Source: Naegleria gruberi (lineage: Eukaryota). From it: a stretch of 64,000 bases of DNA. The DNA is taken from NCBI GenBank assembly GCA_000004985.1, contig GG738860.1, one strand, 5' to 3'. The position numbers and the translations under genes are program-made. Positions 31,626 through 40,034 of the stretch are shown here, in pieces; positions within the stretch are counted from its first letter, which is position 1, and every line of letters begins with the position of its first letter. The notes beneath the pieces are model-generated. The model saw only the letters and a list, made by a program, of their open reading frames with translations, searched no databases and was not told where the DNA came from.

Positions 31626-34154
31626 TTACAAAATATTACAAAAACCAGATGATCTATTATTCATATTTGCAAGACTACTGGTTAGATTAGAAATTTGTCT
31701 TGAACTATCAGCAGATTGTTGTTGTAAAACATTAATCATTTGAGTCATTCTTTGTTCGGATTGAGCTTGCTGTTGAGTAAACATTTGATTCATATTTTGG
31801 AGATTTTCCTTATGTTCAAAGAGGAGTCTTTCTTGGAGTTCTTGCATTTTCTTCTTTTCATCATTTGATGCAGCAAGCATTTCTTTTTGGAATTCTTTGA
31901 TTTTGTCCATTGTTTCCTTGTATAATTCTTCTTTGGCTTTTTCAGATTGTTCGAGGTTTTCTAATTGCTGTCTGACTTTTGCAGTTTCTTGTTGGATGGC
32001 TTGATTTTTCAGTCGTTGTTGAATCAAATCTTCCTTGTAGCTCTTAACTTTCTTCAACTTGTTTTTATCTAATTCACTTCTTTCTTCAAAGAAGGTTTTA
32101 AGTACTTCAGTCTTGGCTGGTCCTTTTGCTCTCTGATCGTATAATTTACCAATCTGATCAAAGACAAGCTCAATATCTTCCATTGACTTGTTCTCAATAT
32201 CATTTTCAAGAGATTCAACTGCTTGTTTGTGAAGAGAGGAGATTATCTCATGACATTGCTTTCTAGATACTTCACGATTCTTCAAAAAGAAAGAGTGAAT
32301 TAAACCTCCAGTGATATTGCCAGACTTATCTGTGGTCATGAATGAATTTGCCAATTTTTCAAACTCCTTCTTGATAACATCTTCATCGGTAAAGACAACA
32401 TTTTGGGAAAATCTTTTTCCCAATGTTGCAATAATGTTTCCATGAATTTCCAATAGTTCAGTATGCTCAATAGGCAAAGGGCATTCAACGATCTTTTCAT
32501 TCATCATGGTAGTGTACAATTCAGGGAGTAGTTGCTCTTCCTTTCTGAGTGATGTTTCAGAAATGAGAGAAATTGGATCAGAGAATGAAGGAACCATTCC
32601 AGGAGTATTCAACTTGAAAATATAATTGAACAATACTACTGGCAAATGATCTATTGTCATTTGAGCCTTTGATCCATGTTTGTTGTGGAAATATTTTGGT
32701 GGTGCATTTTGAACAATTTCATAAACGACCTGTTCCACCTTTTGCAAGAACTCTGGGTTCAGATAATGCCAATAATCTGCAATGGAGGTAAGAATTTGGG
32801 TACTGACATGTGGAGGTGGAATAGTATCATATCTCCTGTTTTGGAAATACATGACGATATCCCTAACAATATTATCCAATTGGTCATCTCCACGTTTAAG
32901 AATTTCTCTTTCCATGTAGCTGTCAAGAGTCTGGCCATATGGAAGTTGTAAAAACACGTCCCTCATTATCCAGTGGAAAAATGGTGAATAGGAGCCTTTC
33001 TCCAAACTAAGGGTTTCAGCAATTTTGGATACAAATGACAAATGGTGCAAGTCAGATCTTTTTGGTGAGCTTTGTGAGTTGTAAACAAAGTAAGATGAAA
33101 TCAAAACTGAAAGAATTAAGAGCAAGTAATCATTATCATTTGAAGCGTCAGTTGAGTTCATGCCTTCACAGTCCAAAACGAGCAACAAAGTCTCTTTTCC
33201 TTCAACAAGAGAGCAAGACATCCAGATTCCTTTGGTTTTAGCAATCACTTCATTACCCAATTCAAATGCAGTAAAAGTTCTGTCATTAATCAATCGACAT
33301 GACAAGAGACTTTTACCTAATCTCATAGGTCCTGATACAGTTACGATACCAATAGGAATTTTGCCAAAATTCTTGACCATTGTTCTTATAGCCTGAACTG
33401 ATTCTCTGACGAGATACAATCTATCAGGAGCTCTACAATTGGAATCAACGAGACCAGTTTGAGGATTGACATATCCTTCACTTCCATTCAATTTCACCAT
33501 TTGACTTGTTTGTGGATCAAAGTAGTGATCTGTAAATTGAACAAGAGGAATACTTTTCATGCCCTCTAGGGGAAAACTTTCGCCTTCATCAAAAAACTCC
33601 TCGTCCTTAACATATTCAGGGATTGATTCAATACTAATTGGTCTAGTATCACCTCTCGTAGTGGCTCTTTTAGTTACTGTTTGAGGAAATGATCTTGGAA
33701 TACTTGGTGAAGGTCGTATATGGGCTCTCCTTTCAAATTGGTCAGAGTGCTGAGAATTGTTACCAACAAAACCTGGAGAAAATTGATACATTGGCTGTGG
33801 ATTATTTTGAAATGGATTCACATTGAAGTATTGGTAAGGAGGAAGATGATTACCAAATGAAACAGGAGTGCTAGCTCCATCAAATGTTGATTCTGGTAAA
33901 TAAGCTTGTCCAGTAACTTCATGTTGTTGAGGATTTCCAAACGCCATGGGATAGAATCCATTGTTTACATTATTGTTCATTTGTGGTTGAGGAATAATAT
34001 AACGTGGAAATGGCATTTGAGAATTGTAATAGGACGGAACACCAACCGAGAAATCACTCATTTGAGAGTTTGGAGTGGTCGTTCTTGGACAATAGTTTGA
34101 ATCTCCCTTATTGCTTTGCATTGTTTTTTTTGTTTTACTTGCAGAAATGATCAT
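31626..34154 (-). CDS. GBP-like large GTPase, paralog 2: Q/N/P-rich prion-like N-terminus + GBP GTPase domain + helical/coiled-coil domain + CaaX (CNIL)
   Basis: IGIVTVSGPMRLGKSLLSCRL (canonical G..R.GKS P-loop), AKTKGIWM, LVLDCEGM, ILSVLISSYFVYNS. The C-terminus is ...NNRSSGFCNIL* (CaaL box; human GBP2 ends CNIL). The first ATG in frame is at 34154 (the ORF track starts at a TTG at 34163). Confidence 0.8.
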   Translation of the reverse strand: MIISASKTKKTMQSNKGDSNYCPRTTTPNSQMSDFSVGVPSYYNSQMPFPRYIIPQPQMNNNVNNGFYPMAFGNPQQHEVTGQAYLPESTFDGASTPVSFGNHLPPYQYFNVNPFQNNPQPMYQFSPGFVGNNSQHSDQFERRAHIRPSPSIPRSFPQTVTKRATTRGDTRPISIESIPEYVKDEEFFDEGESFPLEGMKSIPLVQFTDHYFDPQTSQMVKLNGSEGYVNPQTGLVDSNCRAPDRLYLVRESVQAIRTMVKNFGKIPIGIVTVSGPMRLGKSLLSCRLINDRTFTAFELGNEVIAKTKGIWMSCSLVEGKETLLLVLDCEGMNSTDASNDNDYLLLILSVLISSYFVYNSQSSPKRSDLHHLSFVSKIAETLSLEKGSYSPFFHWIMRDVFLQLPYGQTLDSYMEREILKRGDDQLDNIVRDIVMYFQNRRYDTIPPPHVSTQILTSIADYWHYLNPEFLQKVEQVVYEIVQNAPPKYFHNKHGSKAQMTIDHLPVVLFNYIFKLNTPGMVPSFSDPISLISETSLRKEEQLLPELYTTMMNEKIVECPLPIEHTELLEIHGNIIATLGKRFSQNVVFTDEDVIKKEFEKLANSFMTTDKSGNITGGLIHSFFLKNREVSRKQCHEIISSLHKQAVESLENDIENKSMEDIELVFDQIGKLYDQRAKGPAKTEVLKTFFEERSELDKNKLKKVKSYKEDLIQQRLKNQAIQQETAKVRQQLENLEQSEKAKEELYKETMDKIKEFQKEMLAASNDEKKKMQELQERLLFEHKENLQNMNQMFTQQQAQSEQRMTQMINVLQQQSADSSRQISNLTSSLANMNNRSSGFCNIL

Positions 34155-34228
34155 ATCAGACAAAACGTGTGAGTGTATTATGCTTCATCTCATTACACGT
34201 TTCGATTTCAGGTTTGTAATAATAGAGT

Positions 34229-34248
34229 AAACGTGATCCATCACGTTT
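34229..34248. promoter_or_regulatory. perfect palindrome AAACGTGAT-CC-ATCACGTTT in the 170-bp divergent promoter between GBP paralogs 2 and 3
   Basis: aaacgtgatccatcacgttt: 9-nt arms, 2-nt spacer. Two further half-site variants sit at 34163-34170 (AAACGTGT) and 34195-34202 (ACACGTTT) in the same intergenic region. Confidence 0.4.
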
Positions 34249-34323
34249 GGTATTAAAGTGGTTTCAATTTTAAAGTAATTAAAGCCAGCTCTAGCTTTAC
34301 TATAATGCAATAATTAAAAAACA

Positions 34324-36759
34324 ATGCAATCTGCTAAACCTCTCATATTATTCAAAAGCTCTGTTAATGGAGAATTAAATTCATCTGATTGTGGTGAACC
34401 TTTTCTGGTTCAAGAAACAGTCAATGAATTACTACAATTGACCGATTTACTCAACAAACCAGTCAAGGTAATTGGAGTATGTGGTCCAAAGAGGGCTGCT
34501 AAAACTTCTCTTGCCAATTATCTTGCTCAATCTGTATCATTTGAAGTTGGACATTCAATTGAGTCCAAAACAAAGGGTATTTGGTTGTTTGTAGTTGATA
34601 AACAAGATCATTCCTTAATCATTTTGGATTCTGAGGGTTTTGATGAAGCCTCAACTGCCCAAGATCAACTCTTGTTCATTATCCTGTACTTTTTGTGTTC
34701 CCTCCTTGTTTTCAATACCAGTCATGTGCCAACAAGACAAAATGTTCAAGATTTACAATTTCTAGCCGAATTTAAATCCAAGCTACTTGTATCTGAAGCT
34801 TCAACCCATAACAAATCTGTTCATCCAACCTTCTTGAATTCATTTGGTCCAAACTTTTTATGGTTGATTAGGGATAAATTCTTGAATATTCCCAACGAAT
34901 TTCAAGACATGGAAGATTTCATGTTGAGAGTAGTCCTGGCAAAATCAAATGATGGAAAGGATCATTTGAGAGAAAACATTCTCACCATCTTCAATAGAGT
35001 CTTCTTTGATTTTTTACCTGTACCTGGAGAGCCATCATTCCAGTCAAAATTGGAACATGTTACAATGAATGTTATTTTGGCTAATGTTCCATTAAAAAAA
35101 TTGGTCAATCCTGAAGATATTGGCGATAGAGAAAGTGTTACTTTGGAAACATTCCTTAAATTGGTTGAACTTGTTATTCATCAAATGACTCGAACTCTTA
35201 ACAAGATTCCAGTAATTGACAATATTTTTCATACCATCACCTCCAATAAGGAAATTTACAATTTAAAACGTGCCGTTCAAGTATACGTTGATCACATGAG
35301 CAGGGAACTTGATGATATTGACCCAGTTGACTATGACATATTCACTGAAATAGATAAGCAAGCTGTTGCTAAGGCAACCAAAACCTATTTTGAAGGAATT
35401 CCATCTTCAACTGCAGATTCGAATAGATTACTTTCTGATCTCATGCAAAAGAAGAAGAGTTTCATTGACGACCAAAATGAAAAATCCAAAACATATTGTA
35501 CCTCTCTCATCAAACAATTGTACTCGAAAATGGTTGCTCCCCAAGTAAAACAGTTAATGAATGTCAGAGGTGATATTTCCATGTTGCTTGACACTATTGA
35601 TAAATTCAAGAAGGAATACCATTCGAAAGCTAAAGGAAACATGGCAGTCTCTGTTTTGAATGGCTATTATAATCATCATATTACTAAGGATTTGAATAAT
35701 TTGAGTTCAATAAGAGAGTATGAAGAGAATGTGAAGAATATTAAGGAAGAATTTTCTCACAACTTGGTTCAGTTGAAGGAAGCTGAAAAATCTCTTGTCA
35801 CATTTGAGAACAATATTTCTCAAAATACAAACTATCAACAAATGCTAGAAATGCAAACAAAACTGCAATCTGAACTCTTTAAAGAAGTGATGATTGCTCA
35901 GAGGGAATCACAAGCTAATACTCTAGTCTCCATTGATATGCTCTCAAAGAGTATGCATGACTCTCAGAGACAAGCTCTTAGCATGTATTCTGCAATGCAA
36001 CAATCTCAGCAACAAGCACAAACTCAACAATTAGCTCTCGTTCTAGAGCATAATAGAATTGCAAGTGAGCAACTTAATCAAGCAATGGAAAAAACTACTC
36101 AAGCAGTAATTCAGTATAATGCCAATAGAGAAGATGATTCTTTTTTGGGAAAGGTTGGAAAGATTGGTTTAATAGTTGGTTTAGGTGCTTTGGCACCTGC
36201 ATTGGGTGCCATTCCACATGTTGGATCTGTCCTCTCTGCAACAGCTACAGGAATGAGTGCAGTTATGGGAAAGCAATTGCTCGGACAAGAATATGACCCA
36301 AGACTAATTCAAACCAATACTACTCCTACTCCTCCAAAGGTTAGTCATAGTCCATCAGTCAATCGAGACTCCTTATTATCTCAATTCACAACCAATGCTC
36401 TCTCACAACAAGTGCATCCACAAAATCAACAAGTAACCAACAGCCATCAACCAAGAGCTGTTGTTAGCCAGCTGCCAAGAAAGAATCCTATTGTGCAACC
36501 TCAAAAATCTTCAATCACAGAGTCCACAAAATATGAATTGGGTGGAGAGTTTAAACAAGTTGGCCTCAATGGATCTTATTCCAATACTGTTACAAAAGAT
36601 ATGTTTCCTTATGGCTGTCAATGGGGATGTGGACGTGAAAATGTTTGTTCAAAGCCAGGCCATTCATGTGGAAGACCATCATGCAATGAGGAAAGAAATA
36701 AGAAATCCTATTTCAAAGGCACACTTGGTGTAATGTCAACAACAAGAAACAAGTTGTGA
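34324..36759 (+). CDS. GBP-like large GTPase, paralog 3 (divergent: degenerate P-loop, Gly-rich hydrophobic segment, Cys-rich C-terminus, no CaaX)
   Basis: VKVIGVCGPKRAAKTSLANYL (P-loop with AKT in place of GKS), ESKTKGIWLF, LIILDSEGFD, LFIILYFLCSLLVFNTS. Downstream is a helical domain, then GKVGKIGLIVGLGALAPALGAIPHVGSVLSATATGMSAVMG (glycine-zipper/TM-like) and a Cys-rich tail YGCQWGCGRENVCSKPGHSCGRPSCNEE. Confidence 0.7.
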   Translation: MQSAKPLILFKSSVNGELNSSDCGEPFLVQETVNELLQLTDLLNKPVKVIGVCGPKRAAKTSLANYLAQSVSFEVGHSIESKTKGIWLFVVDKQDHSLIILDSEGFDEASTAQDQLLFIILYFLCSLLVFNTSHVPTRQNVQDLQFLAEFKSKLLVSEASTHNKSVHPTFLNSFGPNFLWLIRDKFLNIPNEFQDMEDFMLRVVLAKSNDGKDHLRENILTIFNRVFFDFLPVPGEPSFQSKLEHVTMNVILANVPLKKLVNPEDIGDRESVTLETFLKLVELVIHQMTRTLNKIPVIDNIFHTITSNKEIYNLKRAVQVYVDHMSRELDDIDPVDYDIFTEIDKQAVAKATKTYFEGIPSSTADSNRLLSDLMQKKKSFIDDQNEKSKTYCTSLIKQLYSKMVAPQVKQLMNVRGDISMLLDTIDKFKKEYHSKAKGNMAVSVLNGYYNHHITKDLNNLSSIREYEENVKNIKEEFSHNLVQLKEAEKSLVTFENNISQNTNYQQMLEMQTKLQSELFKEVMIAQRESQANTLVSIDMLSKSMHDSQRQALSMYSAMQQSQQQAQTQQLALVLEHNRIASEQLNQAMEKTTQAVIQYNANREDDSFLGKVGKIGLIVGLGALAPALGAIPHVGSVLSATATGMSAVMGKQLLGQEYDPRLIQTNTTPTPPKVSHSPSVNRDSLLSQFTTNALSQQVHPQNQQVTNSHQPRAVVSQLPRKNPIVQPQKSSITESTKYELGGEFKQVGLNGSYSNTVTKDMFPYGCQWGCGRENVCSKPGHSCGRPSCNEERNKKSYFKGTLGVMSTTRNKL

Positions 36760-36923
36760 ACAGATAGTAGCTCTATGGTTGTTAGTAAAATTGGTAATAA
36801 ATAACTTATTTGTTTATTATTCACATTATTAGGGTTAGGGATTTAGGGTGTTATTGTCATTAGAAAACACAATGTTGCTCGATAGAGTGTTGTTACAATT
36901 GACTATTTACATGTTATGAAACT

Positions 36924-38006
36924 CTAGATATTGTCACAAGAAAAGTACAAGTTGAATTCCTTCAACTCTTCCACTAACATTTCGTATTGTTCCTTGCAAT
37001 CTGAATGTGAAAGTACAGTCATACCAGTAATATCCTTCAGCTCAATTTCAGGTTCATTGATTGGCGTGTCTGGATTAAATAATTGAAATATTGTCAAATT
37101 TTGTGGTTTTTGTCTAAAGAATGGCATATTAATAAGATCATTAGAGGGGAGAGAGAATCTTCTTGGTCTCTCTTCATAAACTTGATCCACAACACAATCA
37201 TCATCCAAATTCATTTGGTCAGAACAGTTGGGACTTGTTAAGCCACTACCTCCACTGCTATGATTACTATTTGGTGAAGCATTACTGGCAACAGAAGGAG
37301 TATTACTGCTACCACCTATCATGTGTTTTTTCATGTGTGCAAGAGGAGGAGGAGAACTAATTGCTCTATCTCTTGAACCACTGCTACCATTGAACGAAAA
37401 TGGACTCAAATTACTAGTACCAAAGGCATGGGAGGATGGTGATGGAGCTGTTATGGCCAATGAACGTTGTGTGGTAATGACGATTGGTGGAGAGGATTGT
37501 GTCGATGATTCATGGTGGACATTATTCAGACAAGAGGTGGTATTGTTATTATTATGATGATTACTTTGGCAAGTCGACACTGATGAAGATTGGTATTGTT
37601 GTTTTGGATGTATCGTCGACGATGGAGAGTCATGAATCATGGTTGTACTGGTGGAGAGTTGCTGCTGATGACAATCGCCACCATTATTCAAGTCTAATTG
37701 CTGTGAGGGTGAACCAACATACTCATTAGAAAGTTGATGAAACCCCTGATGATGATGTCCAATGTTCAAACTATGACCCGTCGTCGTTAATGATGATGAT
37801 GAACATATCATTGTTGGTGATGAGAAGTATGGTGAGATGCAATTTGTTGTTCTTCTTGTTGTTGTTGGTTCATTTTTAAAAACTTGTGAGGGAGAACTTT
37901 TATGTATTGATGAAAATGTCGAGTGTTCTCGTTTTGTGTTTTTGACTTGTAAAGGGCAGAATCTGTGTTGTCCTCTCTTCTCTGGTGTGTTGATGATGAT
38001 TCTCAA
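36924..38006 (-). CDS. hypothetical Ser/Thr/His/Asn-rich low-complexity protein
   Basis: A 360-aa ORF, mostly low complexity (SSSS, HHNNNNTT, poly-S/T), ending in a short ordered C-terminus ...LKDITGMTVLSHSDCKEQYEMLVEELKEFNLYFSCDNI*. The true start is uncertain. Confidence 0.35.
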   Translation of the reverse strand: MRIIINTPEKRGQHRFCPLQVKNTKREHSTFSSIHKSSPSQVFKNEPTTTRRTTNCISPYFSSPTMICSSSSLTTTGHSLNIGHHHQGFHQLSNEYVGSPSQQLDLNNGGDCHQQQLSTSTTMIHDSPSSTIHPKQQYQSSSVSTCQSNHHNNNNTTSCLNNVHHESSTQSSPPIVITTQRSLAITAPSPSSHAFGTSNLSPFSFNGSSGSRDRAISSPPPLAHMKKHMIGGSSNTPSVASNASPNSNHSSGGSGLTSPNCSDQMNLDDDCVVDQVYEERPRRFSLPSNDLINMPFFRQKPQNLTIFQLFNPDTPINEPEIELKDITGMTVLSHSDCKEQYEMLVEELKEFNLYFSCDNI

Positions 38007-38620
38007 GGTAATAATGGAATCTTTTTTCTAATGTGGTGCCAAGATAGCAACAAGTACTTGGTGTGTCAAATAGAGATGAAGATTTAATGCTGACAATTCA
38101 GAGAATAAGCGAGCAGTTGATTTGTTTTTTTTAAATGATATTTATGTCCAATTTGGTTTTCATGGGGGTTGTTGGTGATGTTGTGAGATGTTGGTGGTGG
38201 CATCTTTGCTTCTAGCTATGAAATTTAAAGATGGATGTTGAATCGAGAGAACACTTGAGAAAATGGTATTGATTCGGTTAACGGTCGACATTATCTCTAT
38301 TACAGTGTGGTGTTATGAGTTTTCAACTCTTGGCGCCAATATTTTAAAATGCATGTTCGATTCAGCAATACTTAGTTTCCTGAATTAGAATATCTCTATT
38401 TTTCTTCATCAATTCGCGACACTACAGTGACTAACAATGAAGTTAAATCTCTTCAAACAGTAGTTCTAGACCGCCAAATGATTTCCAAACCTTATTATTA
38501 CTTGTTTAAAAAAGAAGATTTGAATTGCTCAATAAATATTCGAAACTCCAATTCACTGAATGCTTCAATCCAATGAAGCACCTTACCTATTAATCTCTTC
38601 CTTAATAAAGTCCTGATTCT

Positions 38621-40000
38621 TTGCACATGAGCTGTTCTGCACCTCTAACCAACAGTCATCAAAAAAAAATGGTCCAACAACCCCATCACACCACCCCTTC
38701 TACCTTACCTCTTCATCCACCATCGCCCGCTCACATTGGTGCTAATATTTTCCACCCGAAAAGTTTGGAGGAGTATCATACTGTGCTCTTCAAATCAATA
38801 TCTAGTGTTGTAATGATAAAATCAGAGTGGTGTCCAGTCTCTAAGAAGCATGAATCACTTTTATTTCAATTATCGAAATCGAGACCTGATTTGAATTTTA
38901 TATTTGCTGATATGGAGAAGATACCACAGATTAAGGGAGAGCTGAATGTAAAAACTCTTCCGACTGTATTTATATTGTTGAATGAAACTGTGCATTCGAG
39001 AATTGATGGTGCAAGTGAGCATGTAGAGGTGCATATCAAGGAAATGGAAAAGGAGAAGCATTTGAGGGAATTGATTTATAACAACTTGAGGACTGTTGTA
39101 TATTTTCATAGTAGATCGGGATGTAGTTCTGTAGAGTCGAAGTATGATGACTATTCTAAAAAGTATGGAAACACCATAAGGTTTGAAAAATTAATTTATG
39201 AAGAGTGTCCTCGATTACATAGAAGTTTTGTGAGGGCAACACAGGTTCCTTGTTTTTGCTTTTTTAAGGGAGGAAAGTTAAAGAAGAGATTGGAAGGTCA
39301 TAATTGTAACAATCAACTCGAGGGAGCTATTCATGATCTTACCTCAGACAATCTTGATTATGATGCTCTTGATTTACTACCATCATTTGACAATTTTATA
39401 ACAATCGTTGACTCTGGAGATAAGCTTCAAAAGGTTCTTGATGAAAATGACATTGTAGTAGGTATGTTTCAAATAATATTAGCGATTTATATTAATTGGA
39501 TTGAATAATTGAACTTAGTTGGAGTTTTCTTACAACAACAGCTGAACGAAAAAACACCAGCATTTGGACAATTTGCGAGCTCAGTATCTCCTCAAGCAAA
39601 ATGTGTTTGTATAAATGTTAATCAATTCCCTTCTTTAAGAACACAGGAGGGAATAGATACAGTCCCAACATTTATGTTCTTCCTTAATGGACACTTATTC
39701 AAGAAAGCCAGAGGAAATAGGTATGAATTGGATAGGGAACTTAAGGAAATGATTGCACAACAATCTAAAGATGAATTCAAGAGAGTTGAAAAATCTCATT
39801 ATTTTCACTTTTCTCGAGATATCACCTCTCCAACTCCACAAACAAAGAAGGTTGTGGCTACAACCTCTTCCTGTCCACTGAAAGTTGGCACAAGATCGGC
39901 CAACTCCACTCCACAACCAGCACATCATTCTAAGGACTCTCAACAACACTCTAAATCTTCCCTAGGCGTCAGAACTTCAACAACAAGTATTAAAAAATAG
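38621..40000 (+). CDS. protein with three tandem thioredoxin-like fold domains (degenerate active sites), 2 exons (38621-39461, 39519-40000)
   Basis: Domain 1 is VVMIKSEWCPVSKKHESL...LPTVFIL (WCxxS in place of WCGPC). Domain 2 is VVYFHSRSGCSSVES...VPCFCFFKGGKL. Domain 3 follows the GTATGT...AG 57-nt intron: CVCINVNQFPSLRTQEGIDTVPTFMFFLNGHL. The C-terminus is S/T/P-rich. Confidence 0.5.
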
Positions 40001-40034
40001 ACTAAAAACTGTAATATTTCAGAATAAAACTTAT

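Noticed and set aside
37163-38031. Several 64-81-aa plus-strand ORFs
   Set aside because: They are antisense to the Ser/Thr/His-rich low-complexity gene at 36924-38006, a compositional artefact.
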